Source of the DNA: a cyanobacterium endosymbiont of Braarudosphaera bigelowii
GTDB lineage: Bacteria > Cyanobacteriota > Cyanobacteriia > Cyanobacteriales > Microcystaceae
Assembly: GCF_020885515.1 (NCBI RefSeq)
Contig: NZ_AP024987.1
Location: 330,001-362,000, forward strand
Direction of reading: 5' to 3'
Length of the DNA stretch: 32,000 nucleotides
The position numbers were made by a program, and so were the translations under genes. Positions within the stretch are counted from its first letter, which is position 1, and each line of letters starts with the position of its first letter. The notes beneath the pieces are model-generated. The model ran no database searches. It had not been told where the DNA came from and worked only from the letters and a program-made list of their open reading frames with translations. Of the stretch, positions 10,380-19,821 are shown in pieces.

Positions 10380-11843
10380 TTATCCTCCTATACCTATTTT
10401 CACTGCTAACAGAGGATTTAGAGGTATTAATACTAATAACACTATCAGCATTGATGCTAAAGCACATATCGCACGAATATCATTAGGCTCGGTTAATTCA
10501 TTAAGGCTCGGTTTCCCGATATCTCTTTGTAAAAATAAGATAACCATAATCCAATATAAAGGTATGAGATTATTAGGATTAAATATAGTTATAATTCCCA
10601 ATATTATTAAAGTAATAACAGTAGATTTTTTTGCGGTATCCCTTCCATAAATGGCCTGAATAATTCTTCCGCCATCTAATTGACCTGCAGGCATTAAATT
10701 TAATGCAGTAATTACTAATCCTAACCATCCAACAATCACTAAAGGATTAATAGAAATGATTGAATTTTGTAACTGTTCGCCTAAGATAACTTTCGCTAAA
10801 ATACCAATCAAAATTGATTTCTGAAATGATTGAGTAGTTATCTGAAGTAAGCTACCAGAATGCGATAGAGTCAATCCTGATATTAGAAATAAAATAGAAA
10901 GAATTCCACCAAAGACTGGTCCAGCTAAAGATATGTCAAACAGAGTTTTTCTATTTGGGATTAGAGATTCAAAGCGAGTAATTGCACCAAAAGAACTAAA
11001 TTCCCAAATGGGTAAAAAAAATGGCCAACTTAGTTTAATACCATAAAAATTAGCCACTAGATAATGGCCAACTTCATGAAAAACTAAAATCATCCATAGA
11101 GCTAAAGTAATTGGAATTATTTCTTGATATCGATTCCAATTATTAAAAATATCAAAGCCAAGTAAATTACTGGTTTTCTCTAAGCTAGTGACAATAGTTG
11201 CTAAAAAAAGCACTATAGCTAGGTTTTTTTGCAAAATAGTCATCGATTTAGAATCATTAATATTAGGAAGTACTATAACTACTGGTTTTTCTTCAGTTCC
11301 CTCTACTAAGAATAAACAGTATTTTCCACTAAATTGTGTTTGTAATTTGTTAGAAAGAAGTTTGTGTGTTGTATCAGAATCACCTCTCAAATTTCCTTTG
11401 AAAATTACACCACCTTCATATGGAACGGCCTCTGTTGAAAAAAAAGTATCAATACTAAATATACTTTTAATAGTTTGAATATCTTGATCAGGAATTGAAG
11501 AAATATCTATAGTCTCATTGCTATGAGTGTCTACTTTCAGTGAATCATCATTCTCCAATTTTTTTTCTTTTTTTCTCTTAATTAGTCTACTTAAATATAT
11601 ATAAATTAAGAGGGAAGATAATGGAAGTAGGAAAGTGTTAACAAAACTGAACTGAACTCCAAATAATAAGAAACTAAGGATAACTATACAAGGAAGTATT
11701 AGGTCAATTGATCGCAGCCAAGAGAAAAACCTTACTTCTCTAGTTTCTCTAGAAGAATTAATCCGATTGTTTATTAAAATGAAAAGTCCTATTGTTACCG
11801 TAAGAACAAAAAAGACTAACTCTCTTTCAGATAAAGTGAACAT
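10380..11843 (-). CDS. Site-2 protease (M50) family membrane metalloprotease, EGY-like
   Basis: 487 aa. Zinc motif HEVGHYLVANFYG, PFFLPIWEFSSFGAITRFESLIPNRKTLFDISLAGPVFG, and the second motif NLMPAGQLDGGRI. Confidence 0.9.
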   Translation of the reverse strand: MFTLSERELVFFVLTVTIGLFILINNRINSSRETREVRFFSWLRSIDLILPCIVILSFLLFGVQFSFVNTFLLPLSSLLIYIYLSRLIKRKKEKKLENDDSLKVDTHSNETIDISSIPDQDIQTIKSIFSIDTFFSTEAVPYEGGVIFKGNLRGDSDTTHKLLSNKLQTQFSGKYCLFLVEGTEEKPVVIVLPNINDSKSMTILQKNLAIVLFLATIVTSLEKTSNLLGFDIFNNWNRYQEIIPITLALWMILVFHEVGHYLVANFYGIKLSWPFFLPIWEFSSFGAITRFESLIPNRKTLFDISLAGPVFGGILSILFLISGLTLSHSGSLLQITTQSFQKSILIGILAKVILGEQLQNSIISINPLVIVGWLGLVITALNLMPAGQLDGGRIIQAIYGRDTAKKSTVITLIILGIITIFNPNNLIPLYWIMVILFLQRDIGKPSLNELTEPNDIRAICALASMLIVLLVLIPLNPLLAVKIGIGG

Positions 11844-11904
11844 ATTTTTTTATTCTTCTATAATTATTTCAATGAAAATAAAGGAAGCAATATACTCAAT
11901 CTTC

Positions 11905-12834
11905 CTACTCATTTATTTTTAACTTATTAAAATAACTAAGTGCAGATTTTAGATTACCTTGATAAAGATCTAAAAGACTTTGACCATCTTTTGATGTAAT
12001 TCCTGTCCAATAACGTAATAGTGCTAATTTTACTTGTTTATTACTATCCTCTAATAATAAAATTGCATCCTGACGGCTTAAATTAGTTAATTCTTGTAAG
12101 ATACGCAATGCACGATCATAAAGTTTTAAATTTGTTATTGCTACATCAATCATTCGATTTTCGTAGACTTTTCCTAACTTTACCATGACTCCAGTTGATA
12201 TAATATTTAAAGCCATCTTGGTTGCTGTTCCTGCTTTTAAGCGAGTAGAACCTGCCAATATCTCAGGGCCTGTTAATAATCGAATATTGATGTCAACACT
12301 GATTGGAACTTGTTCTATTGGAACACAACTAATAGCAATTGTAGTTGATAATTTTTTTCTTGCAGCATTTAAAGCTCCATGAACAAAAGGAGTTGTTCCC
12401 CCAGCACTAATTCCTATAACTACATCTTTATCTGTTATTTCCTTTTGAAGAATTTCTTTTTCTCCATCTTGAAAGCTATCTTCTAAATCTTCTGAACTTC
12501 TTGTTAGAGAAGAATTTCCACCTGCTATGATACCCTGTACTAATTCTGGACTAGTACAAAAAGTTGGGGGACATTCTACTGCATCTAAGACTCCTAATCT
12601 TCCGCTTGTTCCTGCTCCAATATAGAATAATTTTCCTCCATCTTTTAGTGCTTGGCTAATAACTTCAATAGATTTGGCTAATTCTAGCCGTGCTTTATTA
12701 ATAGCCTCAATTGTATTGATGTCTTCTTCATTAAAAAGATCTACTAGCTCAATAGAAGTCAGTTGGTCTAAATTTTTACTTTTAGGATTAATCTGTTCAG
12801 TTAAAAGATATCCTCTTTCTCTTATATTGTTCAT
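11905..12834 (-). CDS. murQ: N-acetylmuramic acid 6-phosphate etherase
   Basis: 309 aa. GAGTSGRLGVLDAVECPPTF, GIIAGGNSSLTRSSEDLEDSFQDG, VVIGISAGGTTPFV, GSTRLKAGTATKMALNIISTGVMVKLGKVYENRMIDV are characteristic MurQ/SIS blocks. Confidence 0.95.
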   Translation of the reverse strand: MNNIRERGYLLTEQINPKSKNLDQLTSIELVDLFNEEDINTIEAINKARLELAKSIEVISQALKDGGKLFYIGAGTSGRLGVLDAVECPPTFCTSPELVQGIIAGGNSSLTRSSEDLEDSFQDGEKEILQKEITDKDVVIGISAGGTTPFVHGALNAARKKLSTTIAISCVPIEQVPISVDINIRLLTGPEILAGSTRLKAGTATKMALNIISTGVMVKLGKVYENRMIDVAITNLKLYDRALRILQELTNLSRQDAILLLEDSNKQVKLALLRYWTGITSKDGQSLLDLYQGNLKSALSYFNKLKINE

Positions 12835-12840
12835 ACCGAT

Positions 12841-13233
12841 TTATAGTAGTCCTTCTAATTGACGACGAATTGTATCCAGTTGTTCAGTAGACATTTGTAC
12901 TTCATCTGTATTTTTCTTAGTAGTCTCTTGAAAATCTTTTTCATTCTTCCACGAAAACTTTTCTACATTTTTTTCAGGTGGAATAGCGAGCTCTTCATTT
13001 GAGATGATTTCCCAATCATAATCAGCTTGTTTACAAAATTCTTTTATTTCATCTGAATCAAAAGATTCAATTGTTGGTACCGGAAAATCTTGGGCCTCTA
13101 GAAGTAAAGAATAGCGCATGGCATCATCTTCAGACTCAAACATTAGTATTTTATTACGATCACCTATTTGTACTGTATGAATAGCCTCATTCTCAGTACG
13201 AACATTAAAAAGCAAAGCATATATTTTACTCAT
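12841..13233 (-). CDS. DUF3110 domain-containing protein
   Basis: 130 aa. MSKIYALLFNVRTENEAIHTVQIGDRNKILMFESEDDAMRYSLLLEAQDFPVPTIESFDSDEIKEFCKQADYDWEII matches the cyanobacterial/plastid DUF3110 family. Same strand and 6 nt before murQ, so likely co-transcribed. Confidence 0.85.
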   Translation of the reverse strand: MSKIYALLFNVRTENEAIHTVQIGDRNKILMFESEDDAMRYSLLLEAQDFPVPTIESFDSDEIKEFCKQADYDWEIISNEELAIPPEKNVEKFSWKNEKDFQETTKKNTDEVQMSTEQLDTIRRQLEGLL

Positions 13234-13903
13234 TGTTTTTTTCCTTAACTGTATAGCAACGATATTATTTAGATAATAATTTAAAAACTTTTAACTAATA
13301 TTTAGTTATATGGTATGCATATCAATAACAATATAAATTAACTTATAAATAATAATTTGTTGTATCGCAACCTAATCTAATTTTATTGTAGTCTGTATTA
13401 AGTTAGTTATGTACATTGTGATTTTTTGAAAGTTCTCAGCTGAAATAATAAATATTTATGCATTAAAAGTTTAAAAGTCCTATTCTTTAAGGAAGAAATC
13501 TAGCTCCCTTTTAGTCAAAGACTGATAGTAATAAAATAAGCCATTTTGATAGGATTTTATATCTTTCAAACTAGTGTGAAATGATAACAATGTTGATAAA
13601 CTCCCGTAGTTCAATATTTCATGCTTTTGAATACTGATGTAATTAAATCATTTTGTACTAGATTATTTGTTATGAACCTAAAATATTTATAATCTAATAA
13701 ATATTTGTAAGATCTAAAAAATAATTAACAGATTACTTATATGTGTTTAAGATAAATTTACTTTTTTGTAAAAATAATTTATTAGTAACTCTTATAATTA
13801 TAAAATAATAATATAATTGTTAACTTTGAACAGATTTAACAAGTGACTATAGGTATAGTAGTAAATAAGTTAAATAGGCACAGAGAACAATTTGAAAGCC
13901 ATT

Positions 13904-14010
13904 AAGTGTGGTGTGAGGTAGTTAAAGTCCCTTGAACTAATTCAGTTTAGGGCAAATTACACAAAATATAGCAGTTTATTTCTAAGCACTGCTCCTTACA
14001 CTTTTTGGAG
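13904..14010 (+). promoter_or_regulatory. Candidate structured 5' leader RNA of the COP23-like gene (three-helix arrangement ending at the Shine-Dalgarno)
   Basis: Outer helix AAGTGT (13904..13909) / ACACTT (13998..14003). Hairpin CCCT-TG-AACT (13929..13938) / AGTT-T-AGGG (13944..13952). Hairpin AGCAGT (13970..13975) / ACTGCT (13988..13993). GGAG at 14007..14010. Confidence 0.4.
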
Positions 14011-14016
14011 ATCAAA

Positions 14017-14730
14017 ATGGTTAATATTTCAACAAAGTTTATCGCTTTCGGTACATTAGTTACTGTTGGTATGTTTAGTTCAGTTCCCGAAGTACAAGCT
14101 CAACATTTTAAGTACCCAGAAACTAGAATGGTTGGTGAAGGATCTCCTTCTACAGTTGAATGGAGTAGTAATCCTGGCCCTCGTGCTTTTGAACGCAAAG
14201 TTCAAAAAGTAGCTTTTGAATGTATTCCTCAAGCTGATGGATCCTATATTACTGAAGAAAAAGTAGTAGAGATTACATTTAATCCTGCTCAATATCCTGT
14301 TTATGTAGAAAATGATCTTTCTACTCAGTATGTTGCTTTTGGGGAGCTGACTGGAATGCCTATGATTCAATGGACAGAGAATCGTCCTTCTAGTCATAAA
14401 GATGGACTTTATACACCTGAAAGTAGATGCCAAACTGTTAGTGCACGTTTAACGAATCTCGCTTATTCTTTTGGTGCCACTACACCTGTTGAAGTTGCTC
14501 AAGAATTCAATAGTAGAATGAATGTCGGTAAAGTTAATGGAGAACGGGTAATCTTCATTTCTAACAAACCCCAAAAAGCTGCTACTGAGAATGTAGTTTT
14601 TACACTAAAACCTGAAAATGGAAATACGTTTGCTGCTTCACAAAGAGCTCTTGCTCAATTTCAAAACTCCATATCAGGAAGTATTGGTGGTTCAGGAAAC
14701 CCTGGTGAACTACCTCCTATCGTAGAGTAG
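14017..14730 (+). CDS. Secreted COP23-domain-like protein
   Basis: Signal peptide MVNISTKFIAFGTLVTVGMFSSVPEVQAQ, two Cys (FECIPQADG, ESRCQTVSARL), NVGKVNGERVIF near the middle/C-terminus. This resembles the COP23 layout (Cys, W region, YTPESRC.. VS.RL, G..NG..V). The track start at 14005 is a TTG; ATG 14017 is preceded by TTTGGAGATCAAA and is the better start. Confidence 0.7.
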   Translation: MVNISTKFIAFGTLVTVGMFSSVPEVQAQHFKYPETRMVGEGSPSTVEWSSNPGPRAFERKVQKVAFECIPQADGSYITEEKVVEITFNPAQYPVYVENDLSTQYVAFGELTGMPMIQWTENRPSSHKDGLYTPESRCQTVSARLTNLAYSFGATTPVEVAQEFNSRMNVGKVNGERVIFISNKPQKAATENVVFTLKPENGNTFAASQRALAQFQNSISGSIGGSGNPGELPPIVE

Positions 14731-14779
14731 TTTTTTTGATAAAAACAAGATTTGTAAATATCATTTTCTTTTTTATTAT

Positions 14780-14816
14780 CTAGAGAGTTTGTAAAAAAAT
14801 AACTCTCTAGTTTTTT
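14780..14816 (+). terminator. Rho-independent-type terminator of the COP23-like gene
   Basis: CTAGAGAGTT (14780..14789) loop TGTAAAAAAAT AACTCTCTAG (14801..14810) followed by TTTTTT. Confidence 0.93.
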
Positions 14817-14887
14817 AAATATAAAAAACTTAGAATAAATACTCTTAAATAATATTAATTAGGTATAAATACAATACTTTATTTATA

Positions 14888-14919
14888 AGTGTCAATTAAA
14901 ATGATTTTTAATTGACACT
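14888..14919. repeat. Perfect 14-bp inverted repeat 20 nt upstream of the HlyD-family gene
   Basis: AGTGTCAATTAAAA (14888..14901) TGAT TTTTAATTGACACT (14906..14919). Confidence 0.85.
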
Positions 14920-14939
14920 ATTCATATAGAAAATTTTTT

Positions 14940-16379
14940 ATGGAGACTCTTGTGCCTAGTAAGTTAAACCGTCCTCTTCCACTGATTTTAATCATGGTAA
15001 CAGGAGGAATAATTTTTATTGGAGGATTAACCTACAAAGTAGCTAAAACTTCTATCTTGAAAAATAATCTTAACAACATAGTTGCAGTTGCTAAGCAGGA
15101 AAGCTTGATTACTGATATAGAAGTCGACGGTATATTAGAACCTATTGAAAATGTTGAAATTAGTCCTAAATATCCAGGTAGGTTAGTTCAATTACTTACT
15201 AAACAAGGAGAAAAAGTCAAACAAGGACAAATATTGGCATTAATGGAACGTGCAGAAATTAGAGCTCAAGGAAAAGTAGCTGAAGCTAAGTACGGTGAAT
15301 CTTTAGCTGAAATGGAAGCAGCTAAAATACGTATTCCTAGTGAAATTCAAAAAGCACAAACTCAACAGATTAGAGCAGAAGCTAGATTAGGAGAAGTTCA
15401 AACTAAGTTAGAACAAGTGAGTAAGAAAATTCCTAAAAAAATTGAAAAAGTTAAAGCAGAACTGGTTTCGTCTCAATCGAATTTGCAATTATCTACTTCT
15501 AGAATGAAACGAGGTGAAGAACTATTACAAGAAGGAGTTATTTCTCAAGATGATTTTGATAAACTTCTGAATAATTATCATAAAGCTAAAGCAATTTTTC
15601 TCAAAAACGGAACATCTTTAAAACAAATTACTAGTTCGCAAAATTTAGAGATTGATCAACTAAGACAAGAAGCTTTACAAGCTAAAGCAGAAGTTACTGA
15701 AGCACATATTGTAGTTGAAGAATATAAAAAAATTGCTAAAAACGAATTTGCCCGCTTGGAATCCTTAATTAATGGATCTAAGGCTCAACTAGAACAAGTT
15801 GTGATTAAATTTGAAGATACTGCTATTCGTGCCCCTATTGATGGTCTTGTAATGAGACAATACGCTAGCCCAGGTGAATATATTAATCCTATCTCAGCTT
15901 CTCTGAACTCAATTATTTCCTTAGCAAAAGGATTAAAAGTAACTGCAGAAATTCCAGAAATTGATATTAATAGAATAGAACAAGGACAACTAGTAACCAT
16001 TACTACTAATGTTTACCCTGAACAATTATTTCAAGGACAAGTTGCTAAAATTTCTTCAGAAAAAGTTTTAGCAGACAAGACAAAAGTATTCAAGGTTACT
16101 ATCAAATTGATTACTGGACAAAATAATCTACTTCCTGAAATGAATTTAAAAGTATCTTTTTCAGAAAAAAGAATACCTAATACTTTAACTATTCCGAACA
16201 ACACAATTATAACTAAAGAAGGAAAAGCAGGTGTTGTACTTATAAATAAATTTGATCATCCTGAATTCCAACCAATTATCTTAGGTAAAGTTTTTGGTAA
16301 TAAAACTCAGATACTTTTTGGATTAAATCCAGGAGATAAATTATTAATTAATTCTTTAAAAAAAGTAAACAATATTTAA
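14940..16379 (+). CDS. HlyD/RND-type periplasmic adaptor (membrane fusion) protein
   Basis: 479 aa. N-terminal TM, EGVVEPIENVEISPKYPGRLVQLLTKQGEKVKQGQILALMERAE-like lipoyl half-motif, long coiled coil, FEDTAIRAPIDGLVMRQYASPGEYI, and barrel segment TTNVYPEQLFQGQVAKIS. Confidence 0.9.
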   Translation: METLVPSKLNRPLPLILIMVTGGIIFIGGLTYKVAKTSILKNNLNNIVAVAKQESLITDIEVDGILEPIENVEISPKYPGRLVQLLTKQGEKVKQGQILALMERAEIRAQGKVAEAKYGESLAEMEAAKIRIPSEIQKAQTQQIRAEARLGEVQTKLEQVSKKIPKKIEKVKAELVSSQSNLQLSTSRMKRGEELLQEGVISQDDFDKLLNNYHKAKAIFLKNGTSLKQITSSQNLEIDQLRQEALQAKAEVTEAHIVVEEYKKIAKNEFARLESLINGSKAQLEQVVIKFEDTAIRAPIDGLVMRQYASPGEYINPISASLNSIISLAKGLKVTAEIPEIDINRIEQGQLVTITTNVYPEQLFQGQVAKISSEKVLADKTKVFKVTIKLITGQNNLLPEMNLKVSFSEKRIPNTLTIPNNTIITKEGKAGVVLINKFDHPEFQPIILGKVFGNKTQILFGLNPGDKLLINSLKKVNNI

Positions 16380-16489
16380 ACAACGATTACTTTTCTATTT
16401 CTACAGTATGTGAAATAGGTTAAAATGTTTATGTCAATACCAAAGAAGTATTAATTATTTTTTATAGTGATTAATATTTTTTTATGTTT

Positions 16490-16550
16490 CACACCCACCA
16501 AATTAGGTTCGGAAAACTACACTATCCTAGATCCCCTAAATCCCGTCACC
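16490..16550. other. Locally GC-rich intergenic island upstream of dnaK (candidate non-coding/leader element)
   Basis: CACACCCACCAAATTAGGTTCGGAAAACTACACTATCCTAGATCCCCTAAATCCCGTCACC has 29 G/C in 61 nt by hand count and is embedded in strongly AT-rich intergenic DNA. It lies about 100 nt before the dnaK start. Confidence 0.35.
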
Positions 16551-16648
16551 ATATATATAAGTAATTGATATTCAAGAAAACCTATTTTTAATAGTTTAAG
16601 CTAAATATCAGCTTTGAATAAATTTTATAGAAATTAAGGAGTCAGAAT

Positions 16649-18568
16649 ATGGGAAAAATTGTCGGAATTGATTTAGGAACTACTAATTCTTGTGTCGCAG
16701 TAATGGAAGGCGGGAAACCAACTGTTATAGCTAATGCAGAAGGATTCCGCACTACTCCTTCTGTAGTCGCTTACACAAAAGGTGGTGATCGTTTAGTAGG
16801 TCAAATTGCTAAGCGTCAAGCAGTAATGAATCCGGAAAATACATTTTACTCAGTTAAACGTTTTATAGGTCGCAAACACGATGAAATAAGCTCAGGCTCT
16901 AGTGATGTATCATACAATATCGCAAAAGATGGGAATGGTAACGTTAAACTAGAATGTTCTGCTCAAGACAAGCAATTCTCTGCTGAGGAAATATCAGCTC
17001 AAGTTCTACGCAAGTTAGTTGAAGATGCAAGTAAATATCTTGGAGAGAAGGTAACTGAAGCAGTAATAACTGTTCCTGCCTATTTTAATGATTCTCAGCG
17101 TCAAGCAACAAAAGATGCAGGGAAAATTGCTGGCATTGAAGTTAAACGTATTATCAATGAACCTACAGCTGCATCTCTAGCTTATGGTCTAGATAAAAAA
17201 AATAATGAAACTATTTTAGTTTTTGATTTAGGTGGTGGAACTTTTGACGTGTCCATTCTAGAAGTAGGAGATGGTGTATTTGAAGTGCTATCCACTTCTG
17301 GTGACACTCATCTGGGAGGAGATGATTTTGATAAGAAAATAGTTGATTATCTAGCTGGTACATTTCAAAAAAATGAAGGTATCGATCTTCGTAAAGATAA
17401 GCAAGCCTTACAGCGCTTAACAGAAGCAGCAGAAAAAGCTAAGATAGAATTATCCGGAGTTACTCAAAGTGAAATTAATCTTCCTTTTATTACGGCTACA
17501 CAGGAAGGTCCTAAACATCTCGATATTACTCTTACAAGAGCACAGTTTGAAGAGCTTTGTTCTGATCTAATTGATCGTTCTCGTGTTCCTGTAGAGAAAT
17601 CGATGAAAGATGCAAAGTTAACTAAAGATGATATTCATGAAGTAGTCTTAGTTGGAGGCTCCACACGTATTCCTGCGGTGCAAGAACTAGTTAAAAAAAT
17701 CTTAGGGAAAGATCCTAACAAAGGAGTTAATCCTGATGAAGTTGTAGCTATGGGAGCTGCTATTCAAGGAGGAGTCCTAGCAGGGGAGGTTAAAGATATT
17801 TTACTTCTCGATGTTACTCCACTATCACTCGGAGTAGAGACTTTAGGTGGTGTAATGACAAAAATTATTCCTCGTAACGCTACTATTCCAACAAAAAAAT
17901 CCGAAGTTTTTTCTACTGCAGTTGATAGTCAAAGTAATGTAGAAATTCATGTGCTTCAAGGAGAACGTGAAATGGCTAAGGATAATAAGGATCTAGGTTT
18001 ATTCCGTCTTGATGGTATTCCCCCAGCACCCCGTGGTGTTCCTCAAATCGAAGTAACTTTTGATATCGATGCAAATGGTATCCTTAACGTAACAGCTAAA
18101 GATAAAGGAACTGGTAAAGAGCAATCTATAAGTATTACTGGAGCTTCCACATTACCAGATAAAGAAGTTGACAGAATGGTCAAGGAAGCTGAAGAAAATG
18201 CGAATGAAGATAAAGAACGTAGAGAAAAAATTGATCGTAAAAATCAAGCTGACTCGCTAGTTTATCAAGGAGAAAAGCAACTCAAAGAACTAGAGGATAA
18301 AGTATCAGCTGATAATAAAGCTAAAGCTGAAGACTTAATTAAACAATTAAAAGAAGCAATTGCTGAAGATAATGATGATAATATAAAATCATTAACTGAA
18401 GAGTTGCAACAGCTTCTTTACAGTATTGGCACAAGTGTTTATCAGCAGTCAGAGTCAGATCCAAATATTCCGAATCCAGATTCTGATAATACTTCTGATG
18501 CAAGCTCAGGAGATGTTCCTAATACCGGTGATGATGTAATAGATGCTGAATTCTCAGAATCTAAATAG
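16649..18568 (+). CDS. dnaK: Molecular chaperone DnaK (Hsp70)
   Basis: 639 aa. [81 protein letters not shown]-terminus ends [12 protein letters not shown]. Upstream TTAAGGAGTCAG. Confidence 0.99.
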   Translation: MGKIVGIDLGTTNSCVAVMEGGKPTVIANAEGFRTTPSVVAYTKGGDRLVGQIAKRQAVMNPENTFYSVKRFIGRKHDEISSGSSDVSYNIAKDGNGNVKLECSAQDKQFSAEEISAQVLRKLVEDASKYLGEKVTEAVITVPAYFNDSQRQATKDAGKIAGIEVKRIINEPTAASLAYGLDKKNNETILVFDLGGGTFDVSILEVGDGVFEVLSTSGDTHLGGDDFDKKIVDYLAGTFQKNEGIDLRKDKQALQRLTEAAEKAKIELSGVTQSEINLPFITATQEGPKHLDITLTRAQFEELCSDLIDRSRVPVEKSMKDAKLTKDDIHEVVLVGGSTRIPAVQELVKKILGKDPNKGVNPDEVVAMGAAIQGGVLAGEVKDILLLDVTPLSLGVETLGGVMTKIIPRNATIPTKKSEVFSTAVDSQSNVEIHVLQGEREMAKDNKDLGLFRLDGIPPAPRGVPQIEVTFDIDANGILNVTAKDKGTGKEQSISITGASTLPDKEVDRMVKEAEENANEDKERREKIDRKNQADSLVYQGEKQLKELEDKVSADNKAKAEDLIKQLKEAIAEDNDDNIKSLTEELQQLLYSIGTSVYQQSESDPNIPNPDSDNTSDASSGDVPNTGDDVIDAEFSESK

Positions 18569-18633
18569 TTCTAAAATATTTATGACTATAAATTGATCGA
18601 AATTTACAAGTGATTTAGTAAATTTCTGATTAC

Positions 18634-18680
18634 TTTATTCTTTAACCAATTTTAAGTTATCTTATTGGTTAAAGAATAAA
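18634..18680. terminator. Perfect 17-bp inverted repeat downstream of dnaK
   Basis: TTTATTCTTTAACCAAT (18634..18650), loop TTTAAGTTATCTT, ATTGGTTAAAGAATAAA (18664..18680). Confidence 0.7.
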
Positions 18681-18802
18681 CTCTATAATGGTTTACTTGG
18701 TAATAACAGAGTAATGACTCATGTGGCCATTCCTATTAAAAACAAGAAAAATATATATAAATTAATACAAAACACAATATAAAAAATTGATTTGCACAGC
18801 CT

Positions 18803-18824
18803 TTGTAGAGAAGATATTCTCCAC
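18803..18824 (+). terminator. Hairpin followed by T-rich tract in the dnaK-dapB intergenic region
   Basis: TGTAGAGAA (18803..18811) GATA TTCTCCACA (18816..18824), one A/C mismatch, followed by TTATTTTTTAT. Confidence 0.5.
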
Positions 18825-18921
18825 ATTATTTTTTATATACTAGGCCTAAATCTTCTTTATCAAGAATAATTGACCTTTTCTAAAAAAATAAATTTTAATA
18901 ACTTAATTAAGGATAAAATAC

Positions 18922-19752
18922 ATGACAATTGAATCACCTATTCCTGTTATTGTTAATGGTGCCGGGGGGAAAATGGGGCGTGAAGTAATTAAACATGTTG
19001 CCGAATCACAGGATATGATATTAATCGGTGCTGTAGATATAAATCCAAATTATCTCGGCAAAGATATTGGAGAATTAGCTGGAATTAAACATTTAGAAAT
19101 TCCTGTTATTAATGATTTAGAGAGTATATTAATAACAGCTACTCAAGAAAAAGTACAAGGAGTTATGGTTGATTTTACTCATCCAAACAATATGTACAAT
19201 AATATAAGAAGTGCGATTGCTTATGGGGTACGTCCTGTTGTAGGAACTACAGGGGGGTTAACAAAAGAACAGTTAAAAGATTTAGAAGAATTTGCAGATA
19301 AAGCAAGTACTGGATGTTTAATTATTCCTAATTTTTCCATAGGAATAGTATTACTCCAGAAAGCTGCAATAGAAGCTTCGAAGTACTTTGATGATGTTGA
19401 AATCATTGAATCTCATCATAATCATAAAATAGATGCTCCTAGTGGTACTGCAATCCAAACAGCTGAAATACTGGCTGAATCTGGGAAAATTTATAATGTT
19501 TCTTGTATGGAAGAAACAGAAACTATAAAATTTTCTAGGGGTTGCTTAGCATCCAATAATATTAGAGTGCATAGCATTCGCTTACCTGGACTAATTGCTC
19601 ATCAGGAAGTAATTTTTGGTTCGGAAGGACAAGTTTATACGCTCCGTCATGATACTAGTAACAGAACATGCTATATGCCAGGCATATTACTTGCTATCAG
19701 ACAAGTAACTCGGTTAAAGTCTTTGGTCTATGGATTAGAGAAGATTCTTTAG
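18922..19752 (+). CDS. dapB: 4-hydroxy-tetrahydrodipicolinate reductase
   Basis: 276 aa. [76 protein letters not shown] are DapB signatures. Confidence 0.97.
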   Translation: MTIESPIPVIVNGAGGKMGREVIKHVAESQDMILIGAVDINPNYLGKDIGELAGIKHLEIPVINDLESILITATQEKVQGVMVDFTHPNNMYNNIRSAIAYGVRPVVGTTGGLTKEQLKDLEEFADKASTGCLIIPNFSIGIVLLQKAAIEASKYFDDVEIIESHHNHKIDAPSGTAIQTAEILAESGKIYNVSCMEETETIKFSRGCLASNNIRVHSIRLPGLIAHQEVIFGSEGQVYTLRHDTSNRTCYMPGILLAIRQVTRLKSLVYGLEKIL

Positions 19753-19821
19753 GTAAAATTAAAATTGATATTCAAGAAATTACATTGCTATTCTTTATTA
19801 AGTATATGAGATTAATTTCTA

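Noticed and set aside
10292-10486. 64-aa plus-strand ORF overlapping the 3' end of the M50 protease gene
   Set aside because: Hydrophobic, low-complexity, largely antisense to a conserved coding region. No good RBS seen.
11188-11478. 96-aa ORF within the M50 protease gene
   Set aside because: Antisense/alternative-frame shadow with no supporting features.
12185-12862. ORFs 12185..12382 and 12674..12862 (+) antisense to murQ
   Set aside because: Both mirror conserved MurQ glycine/serine-rich segments, typical of spurious antisense ORFs.
13234-13903. Long AT-rich intergenic region before the COP23-like gene examined for tRNA, CRISPR repeats or small ORFs
   Set aside because: No regularly spaced repeats, no cloverleaf-like pattern, and only AT-driven short frames were seen.
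14080-14433. 117-aa minus-strand ORF in the COP23-like gene
   Set aside because: Longest of the shadow ORFs, but basic and featureless. The plus-strand frame has signal peptide, RBS and terminator support.
15785-16000. 71-aa minus-strand ORF in the HlyD-family gene
   Set aside because: Antisense shadow of a supported coding region.
16395-16418. CTATTTC ... GAAATAG hairpin (7 bp) after the HlyD-family gene
   Set aside because: Possible weak terminator, but short and without a clear U-tract. Not strong enough to list.
16500-16515. GGTTCGG-like sequence upstream of dnaK considered as a tRNA T-loop
   Set aside because: No acceptor, D or anticodon stems could be arranged around it and no CCA-type end. 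Not a tRNA.
19221-19406. 61-aa minus-strand ORF within dapB
   Set aside because: Antisense to conserved DapB motifs.
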